Positions 13,231 to 26,457 of a DNA stretch of 64,000 nt are shown one piece after another (positions within the stretch are counted from its first letter, which is position 1; every line of letters begins with the position of its first letter). The DNA is taken from positions 205,470,001 through 205,534,000 of the forward strand of contig NC_058368.1 of the NCBI RefSeq assembly GCF_018350175.1. Reading direction: 5' to 3'. This DNA is from Felis catus (taxonomy: Eukaryota). A model generated the notes under the pieces. It saw nothing but the letters and a program-made list of their open reading frames with translations. It was not told the DNA's origin and did no database searches. The position numbers were made by a program, and so were the translations under genes.

Positions 13231-15495
13231 GCCAGCAATTTTAAAATATAAGCATCGCTTTGCAGTTTTAGAAATGTTCTGCCCATTCTACTTGATTGGC
13301 GTCATTATCCTGCCATGGTCTAAGGAAGCAAAAATGTCTTATACTCGGTGGTTCTTCCTGACAGCTTTATATTTGAGGCCTTTGTCAGACCCTGAATCGA
13401 GAGACTTGATAATCTGCTGCCAGCTGTTCTATAATTCCTTTCCTTATTACTGTGACTAGCTTCCTCCGACTTCCCTGGGATCATTTTATCTCAAGGTGTG
13501 CCTTTTAATGCTGGCTGGAATAGATAGTGTGTTTCATTCAATAGGCTTTTATTACGCAGTTAAAGCAGAAGAAGCCATATGGTAGTTAACTAGATATGCA
13601 GAGGGTTATCAAATGGTGGCAAATAAACTGGCCTTGTAAAAGCGATGGCCTGTTGACTCAGGCAAGAACTGGCATAGCAGATATGCAAGTACAGAAGAGT
13701 ATTGAAGGTATGGAATTAAAGTCATGTGTTGCATAAGAGGGGAATGATGTAGTGTTCGACAACCTGGAGTAATTAAAAAGACACATTAATTTGCATACTT
13801 TAAGGTCTTTTTATAGCACATTGAGGAACAAATGTAGACTTACAACATGTAAGGGCTGGAAGGAATACTAGGCATTATTTAAAACTCAACTTTCACATTC
13901 TAGAGATGAAATGAGCTTAAATGGTACACATAAGAACACAGTGTTAGATGACATTAGGGTTAAAACCAGAATCCGCATCTTCTGACCCCAAATCCAGTGC
14001 TCTGGATTACCCTCTCTTGTCTCAGTTTTTTAAGTGTAGGTGAAATGCATGGCATTGCAGTCAAATGGCAAGGTTGCTCTTACAAAGTACTGGCATCAAC
14101 AAATTACTGTTTTCCATCGCCCATAGCCACTTGTCTTTAATGGCGGAAATTCTGAAAGACCAGGGTGCGTCTTTCAATTGTCATTCTTCATTTTTCAAAT
14201 ACGGCATTGAGTTTTAGGGATGAGCTGTATATGCCATAAAAGACATTTTAGATGTGAGACTTCAGCTTCATTCACCGTAGGTCTTTCGGTCATTGCTGTG
14301 AATGATGACCTCAGAGTCTGGACCGACCCGCTTTCCTAGTGATGACCAGAGACTGAAATTCAGTTTGTGGGGAAAAACTGGAGCCAAGCGATGCCAGCCG
14401 CAAAACCGTTCGTGTGTCCTGCTATTTGTATGAAGGGAACAGCCATTTGCTCTTACTGTTACCATCACAGCTGAGAATGTTTGAATATGTTTGAATTTCT
14501 TTAGGACGTAAAGATCTAGTTTCGGAAATTGTACTGTGAGCGGTGGGAAGGGCATCTTGTTTTGAAGTTTATTTTTGCGTTGTATGTCTACCTTATACTA
14601 AATCAGGAAAAAGAAACATGGCATTTTAATGTCCTTAATGAAATTAAGAAGATTCCACATCGGTTACTGCTTTATAGAAATGAAATGTACAGAGAACATT
14701 TAAAAGGTAAAATGAAGAAAGAAAGCTCTTGTTCTATCCCACATGGTGAAGGGTTTTAAATTTAGGAATTATTGAGTCATCCACAAGGTGAATCCTAGTT
14801 GCGATTTCTGTTAGATTAAGCAGCCATTAGCTGTGTTCTGGAAATGCTAGAGATTAACCCAATTCTAGTTAGCAGTTTATGTGTTAAATACTGGATTCTT
14901 ACATTATGAAAAGCTCCAAGGACGATTAACAGCTGGAAATTAAAGGAAACAGTCTTAAAAGAGTAACCTTTCAAAGTTCTAGTTGGTGTCACTAATAGGC
15001 AATTTTTTGGTGGCTGTAAAAACCCAACACAGACTTTCTTTCTCTTCCTGTTTCTCCATAACTCTCTTCATTGAAAAATGTTCCTAGTTTAATTCTTTTA
15101 ATCATATCATGTCTCCCTGTTTTCCTTGGGGTATGTGATAATGGTGTAATTTTTTTTCCTTAGTGTTGTAGATAAGACTGGTGCTTTGAATGAACATGTT
15201 AGAAGTGTTTTAATTCCTTTGGGTAGATGTACTCCTTTTAATTACTTCTCTGGATTTGCTACAGCCCTAATAAAATTTCCTTTCAGAAGAAGACATGACA
15301 AATAAAATTTGGATATTTGTAATACTGCCTGAATGTTATTAAATCACATACTTAGTGAAGATTGACATTTTTGGTCAATTAAAAAAAAAATGCTAGCAAA
15401 ATACCAGCACGGACTAGACTGTTTGGATATAGTATTAGAGTCAGTAGAAATGAAAATAACCCTTACCATAAACTGCTTTTAAATTTGTCTTTTGA

Positions 15496-15713
15496 GGGGC
15501 GTCTGGGTGGCTCAGTCGGTGAAGCGTCCAACTTCCGCTCAGATCGTGATCTTGCGGCTTGTGGGTTTCGAGCCCCACATTGGGCTCTCTGCTGTCGGCG
15601 CAGAGTGCGCTTCAGACCCTCTGTCGCCATCTCTCTCTGCCCCTTCCCCATTCACATTCTGTCTCTCTCAAAAATAAATAAACCTTTAAAAAAATAATAA
15701 ATTAAAAAAAAAA
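15496..15713 (+). mobile_element. Can-SINE
   Basis: GGGGCGTCTGGGTGGCTCAGTCGG head, CT-rich region, A tail. Confidence 0.93.
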
Positions 15714-16318
15714 TAGTCTTCTCCATTTCAAAAACTATTGGGATAGTTCATGAAGAAAGTAATATTCCTACTTTTTTTGGATCAATATGGCATATTTTGC
15801 TGCTAATCATGGTTTTAGTAAATTAATCTTCTAAAAAGTTCTTCTTCTAAAAAGTTCAAGCTGCTACACCTGTTTTCCTTCTCATCCCATGTTTCAAATG
15901 AGACATCATAGAGAGGAAGGATTGTTTTTGTTTTGCAGTGAGGGACATCAGGTTGAAGGTGGTTATGAGCTCTGAGGTTGGACAGCAAGGGGAGAAAGGA
16001 AGATTCTTCTGGGTTTTTTGGGTATAGTCTTTGTGCCTGTGCTTAGGTAAGCCCTTTTATATTTCCTCTTCAAACAATTATTAGGCCAGGTATTCTTTTG
16101 CAGCATTTGTACCCTGCTGAATATCATTTTTTATTTTCCTAACCAGTAGAGACCATTTTCTATCTTAATAGTATCAGCTCTTTTTCCTGGCCTTGTATCA
16201 TTCCCCAATTTGATCAATGCACCATTTAATTTTTACCCATTGTGTTCTAGAAATGATAATAAAGTAGCTTAGAAGACACAGAATATATACAAACATAACA
16301 TCAATTAAAAAGGTGCTA

Positions 16319-16467
16319 GGGGCACCTGGGTGGCTCAGTCAACTAAGCATGTGACTCTTGATCTCATTTTAGGTTTTGATCTCAGGGTTGTGAGTTCAAG
16401 CCCCGGGTTGGGCTCCAACTGGATGTGGAGCCTACATTAAAAAAAAAAAACAAAACAACAAAAAAAA
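16319..16467 (+). mobile_element. Older short Can-SINE
   Basis: GGGGCACCTGGGTGGCTCAG...GTGAGTTCAAGCCCC followed by an A tail. Confidence 0.85.
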
Positions 16468-16856
16468 GCACAGCTATAAGAAGAAAGAAAAGCAATGGTG
16501 GGGCTTTAAAATGGAGGTGGAATTGGACTGAAAAATCATACTGTCATGGCAAACATGAATGAGTACAAGATGTCAAGTAAAAATATAGTACATACCATAT
16601 AAAAGAAACTAATCAGATCAGGCGGACTACAACTATTCTTACTATGAAAACTAGACGAATTTTATCTTAGGCATTGTGTTTTAAATGCAAGAAAGAACTC
16701 ATTTGATTATAAGAGGGAGAAACTGACTCGTTGTAACTATGGTGTAAAGCTATTGGTTTGCCCCAGGGGAGACTCTTCTTAGAGCATTAAGAATGTTTGG
16801 ACCCCCTTGAACATTAAAAAAAAAAGCCAAAAAACAAAAAAAAACCCACAAAAAAC

Positions 16857-17068
16857 GGGGTGCCTGGGTGGCTCAGTCGGTTAAGCGTCTGACTTCAGCT
16901 CAGGCCATGATCTCCTCGTTTGTGAGTTCGAGCCCCGCATCGGGTTCTGTACTGACCTCTCAGAACCTGGAGCCTGCTTCAGATTCTGTGTCTGAACTCT
17001 TTCTCTGCCCCTCCCCTGCTCATGCTCTGTCTCTCAAAAGTAAATAAACATTAAATAAATTTTTAAAA
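16857..17068 (+). mobile_element. Can-SINE (SINEC_Fc-type)
   Basis: GGGGTGCCTGGGTGGCTCAGTCGGTTAAGCG head, (CT)n, A tail. Confidence 0.95.
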
Positions 17069-17099
17069 AAGAATGTTTGGACCCCTTGAATATTGTTTT

Positions 17100-19200
17100 T
17101 CTCACCCAGACTTTTGCAACATACTTGGAAGTCATAAGCCTGAGATTGTCTTCTCTTACAGAGATGGAATTGTATCTGTTCAGAATTGCCTGTTGCACCC
17201 AGACCCTTTCCTCTTACCACAGTGGACTCAGAATGTGCTCCATGTCTTCATTGAAGGCCTTGATAAAGATGTTGAACAGGATAGGACCAAAGACCTCAGC
17301 CCATTAGATTAGGGCTTCTCTTCTGACCTGGGGTCTAGCTGACACTGAAGAGTAGGAGCAGGGGCCAGGGGGGCGGTGCTTATGGACCAAACACCTGAAA
17401 TCTCATGAAGGATTTTGTAGTTTGTGTGGCTTTCATTGGATTCATAAAGAACTACTCATTTCCCCCAGAGTTAAAACTACAGCATTAGAAATGTCTAAGG
17501 ATTTCTCAGGCCGGCAAATACTTCTGTGATTCTTCAAGTACTTCTCTACTATTTGGACATCAAAGCAGGCTTCCTATCTATTTTCTTCATTGCTGTATCT
17601 AGTATGTGCTTAATTCGTATTTGTTGATTTTAAGTGAATGTATCCAAGTCCTATTTCCCTGCTGAGTCTATAAAACTTTTGTGACGAACTTGGTTCGGTT
17701 CTTTGTGAAATCACACTCTGCTTTTCTCCTCTCCAGTGTGCTAGCCTGATCTGCAAGTTAATGAAGTTCATTCTGCATGGTGTGGTCTGGGGGGAACTTG
17801 TACTGCTGTCTCACAATAGTCTTTTCTCTGTTTAATGACCTTACAGACTATCTGTGCAATAATCCATTTTGGAATACTGTTGTGAATTGAGCCCCTCTTT
17901 CGGAAAGAAGTCTATATGCTTCTCTCCATCTGCTGACACTGCTACCATTTTTCACTTGGCTGTAATTCTCTGACCATATTTTCAGGCCCTTTAAGAATCC
18001 TGGGTTATAATTTTTGTGGGTCTGCAGCCTAGTGTTAGTTCAGAGAATCTATCTATCTATCTCTTCTTGGAATTCAATTCCTCCTTAGCCCTGTTAGTAC
18101 TGCCCTTTCCTTCTCCTTACTGGGGAAGTCAGGAGCAAAATGGAATTGAACTACGGCACTTTTTTTCTGTCGTCTCTCAAGCAGTGGTGATTATCATTTC
18201 TGAATTCTCCATCAGCAACAGCAAAATCATCCCAGAAACCACTTTCATCATCTGTAACATTTTGGACATGACTCGTTTCATTCCGATTTGTACCTTTTGA
18301 CACACCTCTCAAAGTTTCATGTGACTCCCATTTGCTCTAGACCACACTGGTCTCTCTTTTGTATGAGCCCTTGTAAGATATGAGGAAACACATATCTAGC
18401 CATGTTATACCTCTTACACTCTTCTTTATATGCTATTCTCTTCATTATCAAGGCGATCTATTCTTGTATTATCAGAATGGGGGTTTCAAAAGCCTCATAA
18501 GTCTCTTTGTCTTCTAGAGTTTCTGACCACTTGATTCTGCTTTTTTTTTTTCCTCAACTTTTTCCAGTCTGTTTTTCTTCAAAGACCAAGACACATTTCT
18601 GCTTATGTCCAGGATTCACTTCCCAGGCCACTGCAAATTCCAATTTTACATTGTCACTTTCTCTTAGGGATTCCGTCATTTCTACTTTACCAAGCTTATC
18701 CTTATTGGTTACCCTTATCTGGTAGAGGTCCAGAATCATGATTTCTCTCACTTGTTCATTCTAAAATACAGAACTTGTCAGAAGGCATTATAGAAATTTT
18801 CAGAGGAATGTGATGATCAGAGATATTCAAATAATTAGTGTCTCTCATGATATGACTGTCTTATTTCTGAGCCAGTTTTGACATTCCTACTAAAAATACA
18901 TCCTCTACATCTTTAGTTTGGAGAGCACTGTGATTGTATGGCCATTAGTGCGATATTCTATATCTTTTTAAACTCACGGTAAATATACCACATTTTATCA
19001 CTAGGTCTGTGGCTTCCCAGGCATCTGCATATTTTTCTTGACATAACATGTTCTGTGAGCTTATTTTCACTGGGCATTGTAGAGTATCTATTGGTATGAG
19101 ATCCAGTCAACAAGGTTTCAGTCATGCTACACAATCATATTTACCACTGTCGTTAGGGTTGCAAATTCATTAATAGCCTAGCTACTCATCTTTTCAGTCT
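17100..19200 (-). mobile_element. Ancient CR1/L3 LINE remnant (boundaries approximate)
   Basis: Minus strand 17294-17244 translates VFGPILFNIFIKAFNED, resembling the CR1 RT motif VLGPVLFNIFINDLDE; weaker RT-like traces at about 17690-17810. Confidence 0.5.
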
Positions 19201-22200
19201 GTGCATTTATGTTTAGATATCTAAGACCATTTGTAATTTGTTCCAGGCCCTTTTAGCTTCCATGACATTTTATATTTTTGTACTAATCTTACCATCTCTT
19301 AGCATGAAGCTTAATACAATATGCACCTTCTTGCTCCTTTGGATTTTTTAATTGTTTTTTTTTAATTGTTTTTGTTTGTTTGATTGATTTGCTCCTTTGC
19401 ATTCTTGGGAAGTATGCCCTGCATGCTGACCTCCCTTTTTCTCCACATTTTCTCTTCATCTGACCCAGAGACATCCAGAGCACCTCTGCATCTAACTTGT
19501 AATGTTTTCTCTTATGGCTCATTGCCTCCCTCTTCCATTTTTCTAGTCTTCCACAGGTTTTCCTAATTTGGGATCACTTCGTGTTTTTCATGATTCTAGA
19601 CATTAATGCTTGTTGTTGTTGGCTTTTTTTCTTTCTTGCCAGAAGAAATTCATCCTAACCTGTTTTGAAAGTTAAAATGACTCCAGAAAAACACCTTCAG
19701 TGTGATCCCTCCCCTTCAGCCCTCACCTAGTATCAAACAGCCCTCACCTAGTATCACTGTGAGGTTTGCAGCGTAGGGCCCAATTTTTTTGTGGCTATCA
19801 CAGATTCAGGTTGCCACTAAAATAAAATAAATACATGAGAAAGTTATTGCCTTGTAGCTCCTCTGTTCCCTTACCTGAGATATAAGTAATATTTGCCAAG
19901 TGAAAACAAAGACATTGTCACCCAAGGATGAGTTCTTCTTATCCTTGTCTGAGCTTTAAAATAAAAGTTTTCAGAATTATAAAGTAGAAAGGGTATAGGG
20001 CAGAGAAAGCAACCTTTTAAAGCAAAGTTCAAATCAATAATAATTAACATTTCCTAGCCTCTATTTTCCTGCTAATGACTGAAGACATGTACTAATTAGA
20101 GAAGCCTCAAGTGTCTGGGTTTCTAGATGAACCAGATGGTGCTGCCTAAGAACTATGCTTAGCGCCAGCCAGAGGTCTGGGTTGTTCTTAACTACCTTTC
20201 CTCCATCTTGAGCATATTTAAACCTAAATATGCTCACTGCTTTGCACTGAGACTTTTTCTTTGTTCTTTATTTTCTGTCTCCCCCACTTCTGATTTCAGG
20301 AGGAACATTTCTGCCATTGTTAGTGAGTGTTCTTGTGAGCTTTTTACTTTTTTTCTTTACAGCCTCATTTTATTCATCTCTTTCTTTTCAGATTTCTTTT
20401 AGCTCTTATGTTATCACCTGATCTCACTGGACTTGTTTCCCCCACTTTGGTTCTTCCTTACTGTTCTTTCTCAAAATCACACAAAGCCTGCACAGAAGGC
20501 TTCAGTCCCTTCGATAGCTAGCATTAAGATAGTTCTGCCTCTTCAGTTTTTTAAAACTCTTTTCACAGATTGTCTGAAAACATATGTTTTCTTCTTTTGG
20601 TTTGTACTTCAAATATTTTCTTCCTTTGCTATTAACTCTGCTAACCAACTCTAAGAAAGCTTTGAGTTTTGTATAGAAATTTTCAGTACTGTGGAGTGTT
20701 GATATTGTTTTGACAAATGCTGTACTTGCATTTTCTACGATATGAAAATCACTTCTATTAGGATGACAAAGCATAGAACTGATGACACTCAACCAGCTTC
20801 CTGCTTTTCGTCAGTTGTTTTACCAGAACACGTTCTTTCATCCTATTTGTTGTGAAAGTCATGATGTCGTTACCCTTGGTAAAGAAACTTTGTCTTACCT
20901 TGATGTTTTTTGTCAAAACTTTCTTTATTGGAATCAGAAGAAAAGTGACTGGTTCCCATGAGCATTTCTAGCTTAAGTGATAAGTGTTATTATTTTCCTT
21001 TATGTTTCTTGTCCCTGCTGAAGGATAAAGGCTGGGAGACCAATTAGGAAGCTGCTACAATAATTCAAGCACAAGATATGAGGGTCTGGACTTTTGGAAC
21101 AGCATTAGCCGTGGAGAATAATTGGCATTATCTTTAAAAAAGTAGACAAAAGAGTTTCCTTAATTCGTTTCATAAAGTTGTAAGTGCTTTTAGAGTTTAG
21201 AAATCACAGTTTTGTTTTGTTTTTGTTTTTTGAGTCTCCCTGGTTTGTTTTTGTTTTTTTAATGTGTCCTTTTGGTACATGTCTAACTAATTAAGGAATT
21301 TATGACATCCTCCATTTATGTATTCTCTGGTTTAGGAAACTAATTACTTAGTGTCCATCGTATCTTTAAAAACCTAAGTTTTTCACCCCTTGATTATCAA
21401 AATAAAATGAAAAGAAATAACTTGTACTGTTACTCAGATAATAATTATTAACATTTCTGTGTATTTCCTTTCTGTTTTTTGTGGGTAGAGAGACAATTAT
21501 GCCAAAGAGCATATCTATAAATAGTTATTTATACAAAATCGTACTTTTTATGAAACATTAACTTATGACATGTCATTAAGTATTATGAAAGCATAATATG
21601 GATATATCATGTGGATGTACCCTATATATTTTACCGTTATCCTGTTGTTGACGATTTAGGTTGTTTCCAGCTCATTCTTACTGTAACAAGTGGTATGGCC
21701 AATATTTTATTGAATACTAAGTCTTCATATATATCCTCAGGGTTAATGGGTTAATGTATAAAAAAAATTGTTTAAGTCCCGAAACTCTTTGAAGGCTTGA
21801 GTTGAATAAGTATAAAGATGTGAATTAGCTCTAACGGCTAAAAGTTCCAAGTACTTGAAGAAGTAGCATAATGCTTAGCTGCTCTGCATTTCTGGTATCT
21901 ACTCCTCTTTACCTGGTCACCACCCTGAGTGGGAACTACTGGAGCATAGAGAAGTTTTTGAGGGAAGGTACAGATAACAGTGATGGGGAGTCCCCTAGCC
22001 TCCCTCTAACTCATTTTCAGATGAATTCAGTTGTGCATCTCTACCCATTATTTCAGCTTGGATGCCCATATGTTTACTGACTCCTCCTTGGAGTTTTTGT
22101 TTGATTTTTATTAAGATCCTTCTAATTATCATTAAAGATAGCTTTTATCTACCACGTTCTGTTTTTCTCAGCTATTTGGGAGCAGTGTGTAATAACCAAA

Positions 22201-22576
22201 ATGATTCTTGTGATTCCTGGTTTGCTTTCATTGGAGGAGGAGTGTGGCATGGGCATACAGGGTAGAATAGCATAAAGAGTGCTACTTGACCTCAAAGACC
22301 TCTGGAGAGTTCAGTTCTTAGTTCAGGAGGCACGTTTCATACAGGTCACTTTGCGCAAGTTAGTTCATTTAAGGAAATCGTTCTTTGCTTTGGATATGAC
22401 ATCTACTAAGCTAAGCACCCAACAGTCTTCAAGGTACTATTTTTTCTTGGCACCAGAAAGATAGTTCTTTGACCCCAACAACATTGAGCTTAGTTTGACC
22501 TTAGTTTTTCTTGATCGTGGTTATTCTGAGGTTCTTTTTATGTTGACGTAAAGATACTGTTTCATTTGTCCTTTTT

Positions 22577-22683
22577 TTCCCCCAGCTGACATCTATTTTT
22601 TTAATGTTTACTTATTTATTTTTATTTTTTCTAAATACAATTTATTGTCAAATTAGTTAATATACAGTGTATACAATGTGCCC
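22577..22683 (-). mobile_element. Very short carnivore L1 3'-end insertion
   Basis: AATTTATTGTCAAATTAGTTAATATACAGTGTATACAATGTGC matches the L1 3' end seen at about 63310; perfect 16-bp TSD TTCATTTGTCCTTTTT. Confidence 0.8.
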
Positions 22684-23271
22684 TTCATTTGTCCTTTTTA
22701 AAATGAATTATAAAGTAGCAGACTAACTAGGAGCGTTTCATGCTGCTATATAATGCCCTTTTGCTCTGTAAATGACTTTAATTCTAATCACATTGAGCAT
22801 TTCTAGTCATTAGTTAATATTTTCCTTTTTGAATTTCCATATTGAAATTAATGATCTGTCTTTAAGTAAAATTATTTCAGCAATTGCAGTTCTATCACGA
22901 TCCTAGGATGCTAATAACAAATAATTAAAAACTGTTACAGATAGCATTTGTATCTATATTAAAAAAGCTTTTCAATTGACCAAGCAGATGTTGTTACAGA
23001 TTTTTGTCTTTGATATGATAAATCTCCCATTAATTTTGAAAATCAGGGTTTAAGGGATGTGCTTTCAAGTTTTCCATAGTTGAGCTGCAATTTGTGAAAG
23101 TTCAAGCAGCTGTACTGGGAAACCATTTGACAACTTTGTAACTGAGGCTCTTTTAGGCAGAGACTAAGTTCTGGAGCTTTATGTTCTGTATTTTATGTTC
23201 AGACACATGTATTTGAATTTCTTCTTTTTTGTGGGTCCAGAAGTGTCTGTGTGTAGTGTATTCTCTCTCTT

Positions 23272-23382
23272 TTGTATACATGCATATATATGTATGTTTA
23301 TACATATATGTTCTCTTTTACATACATACACACATATATATGCACGCACACCTACATACATACACATGTGTGTGTATGTGTA
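23272..23382. repeat. Degenerate (TA/CA/TG)n purine-pyrimidine repeat
   Basis: TGTATACATGCATATATATG...CACACATATATGCACGCACAC...TGTGTGTGTATGTG. Confidence 0.8.
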
Positions 23383-23495
23383 TTTTACATTGTATATCCA
23401 ACCTAAGTTGAAGGTACAGATGCATGGACGTTTTTCAAAATGAAAAATTTTTCAGTTTAAGCTCTCACTAATTAATTTATTTTCTCTTGGCCTAG

Positions 23496-23690
<195 letters not shown>

Positions 23691-24868
23691 TAAAGCTGAA
23701 TGGAAGGTCCTGCTTTGGATCTTAGTAGGAGCTTCTCATGTGTCCATCCTAAGGGGACATGATCATCTATGTTATTGTCCAGCCCATTAGTGCCTTGTGT
23801 TTACGAAAGTGTGTATCACCAAGTTACATGATTCTCTAGGCTGTGTCTTCGAGGCTTCTGTAACTGTCCTAATTTATTACACTGCATAGTTTTGGCTGGC
23901 TGTTCTACAGGGTAGGGAAGGCTTTAGCCCTGCTGGACTCTTAGTGTTTGATTATTCAGAAATGTCTATCAATCTTAAAGTTGCTTTGCAGTGTATAAAG
24001 TCCAGAAAGTCATTCCCCTCAGTGTTGGGCTCTGGGCAGCTGGTGGATATGAGATCATGGCAAGGGGTAGGCATCAGGGGCATTGGAGATGTTCTAAGGC
24101 TACTGAGAGCATGAAGAATGCTCAGCTGGACCAAAATTGGTATCAAAATTCATAATTATCTAGGGGTCAGCAACAGAATAGGCATGCAGTGGGAGATACT
24201 GGGGAATCAGAGATACCCTCTACCTTGCATCAAACAGAAAGACATTTTGCAATCTAAAACTAAGTTCAAGGGACTAAGAAGAGAGGATGTGGGACATTTG
24301 CAAATAGCAACCAGAGTCTATGTCAAGAAGATTTAGTAATGGAAATAGTTTCCTGGCTGGTTTTTGGATATTTTTATGATTTCTGTGATGCGCTTGTAGC
24401 AAAACCAGTCCAGACTCTTCAGGTGGAAATACGCAATTGGCAATAGCGACACCTGGTAAACACATTCTGACAGCCCGGCAAAAACAGAGTCCCAAGGTCT
24501 GTTCCTTGTTCTTTGCTCTGGCTCAATCCTTGAGCACCTGAGAAGAATTCAGTTGTAGAAGTCTTAAGACTAATAGTAGTAGCAGTCAGTGTGATGGCAA
24601 CAGAGGGATTACTTGCTTCAAAAAGACAGAACAGATACATCTTTCTCTTCAAACAGATCTGGCCTCTTTCACTTTCTAAAAAATTATTTCTGTCATCAAA
24701 TACCACCCATGTTATTCTTTAAAAAAAAAAAAACTCTGTTGTAGATTTGCCTCATAGTTTTAGTAAAGGGAGAGACCTACGTTTTTTTTTCCAATAAAAT
24801 TTTAGATTTCGGCAGTGATAAAATACAGGGTATACCTCAATCATGAATAATTTCTGTTTATTTTACAG

Positions 24869-24983
24869 CGTTTATCAGTCCGGAAAGAGGAAGATGTAAA
24901 AGCCAAATCCGGTAAACCTGGAGATAATGTAAGGGAACGTATCATCAAGCGGGCAGCTCTTGAATTTGAAGATGGCATGTATG
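24869..24983 (+). CDS. OXCT1: OXCT1 coding exon (exon 9 equivalent), 115 nt
   Basis: TTACAG|CGT...ATG|GTATCC; encodes [38 protein letters not shown] (interdomain linker and start of the C-terminal domain). Confidence 0.97.
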
Positions 24984-25038
24984 GTATCCTTTATCTTTCT
25001 GGGACTGGGCAGAGACCTAGCCTTCACTTTTTCTTGTC

Positions 25039-25274
25039 TTTTTTTAAAATTGCTTTTAATGTTTATTTTTTTATTTTGAAATAAAGGGAGAGAGAGAGAG
25101 AGAGTGCACGTGTGCAGGGGAGGGATTGAGAGAGGGAGAGAGAAAATCCCAAGTAGGCTCAGTGCTGTTAGCACAGAGCCCAAGGTGGGGCTGGAACCCA
25201 CGAACCATGAGATCATGACCTGAGCTGAAACCAAGAGTCAGACCTTTAACCAACTGATCCACTCAGGAGCACCT
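25039..25274 (-). mobile_element. Can-SINE
   Basis: Reverse SINE body ...GAGATCATGACCTGAGCTGAAACC...; imperfect TSD CC(T/C)TCA(C/T)TTTTTCT. Confidence 0.9.
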
Positions 25275-25805
25275 CCCTCATTTTTTCTATATTCATCAGG
25301 TGCCTAGGCCTCCTGCATAGTGATTCTTTTCTAGTCCATTGTAATTTTTAAAACAATGGATAAATTTTTACAAAATGTGGCATATAACCTAAAGATATCA
25401 AGGTATATGAAATTAGAATTATGATCTGTTTGCCTTCTTAAAGCAAAATGGCAACTAAAATTTGCTTAGCTTTTTTCTATTATACAATGGATTTCAGTAC
25501 AATTTGGCATTTGGCTAAAGGTTATTGGGAAAAGAGATTACCCAAGATGAAGGTTTCAAATCTCTGAAGTACTAGTTATAACAGTGCTATTTACTTTTTC
25601 TGTGTTCTGACATTTGCATACTCATTGAAACATAAGATTCAACTTCTTAACAACCGCTTGTTTCCTTTGCAAAGATCCCATGAGCGTACCCTTTTATGTC
25701 TAATGCTTTGTAAGGGTATTCAATGGACAGTACAAATTCTGCTTTAGATACTTTGTCAAAAAAAGAGATAGGTTGAGATAATGTAGTACAATTATTATTC
25801 AGATT

Positions 25806-26024
25806 AAAAAAATTTTCTTGATGTTTATTTTTGAGAGAGAGAGCGAGAGAGCGAGAGTGCAAGCAGGGGAGGGGCAGAGAGAGAGGGAGACACCGAATCC
25901 AAAGCAGATTTGAGGCTTTGAGCTGTCAGCACAGAGCCCTACATGGGGCTTGAACCCACGAACCACAAGATCATGACCTGAGCTGAAGTTGGATACTCAA
26001 CTGATTGAGCCACCCAGGTGTCCC
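25806..26024 (-). mobile_element. Can-SINE
   Basis: Reverse SINE body; TSD TTATTATTCA(G/T)ATT. Confidence 0.92.
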
Positions 26025-26457
26025 TTATTATTCATATTTTGGATGTGAGAGCCTCTTCACCATTTTGCTACTTTTCAGTACATCAAACATTGAACTATAT
26101 AATTCATATAACAAGTAATGCATATAAATACAAATAGTGTTTGATAAAATTAGTATTTGTTGAATGGCCTTATTTAAAGGCCTAGGACAGGAGGAACTAG
26201 AAACATGACAAGAGTCTACATTCTGCGAGCTTCCCTGTCCATGAATATCATCTTTCAGACTGATACTGACTGGGAAAACTTTCTTTTTACCCCCACCACC
26301 TCATTTTTCTCTGTTTTCCAGTTTATGCCCTGTGTTATGGTGAGAGTTCACATAGGAGAGTGGAATATAATAGTGCCTCCTTTTCAGCTCCTCTATCAGC
26401 AGGATATAGAGCCAACCAAGTTAACTTAGCAGGTAAAAGCTAGGCCCTGGGATTTCT

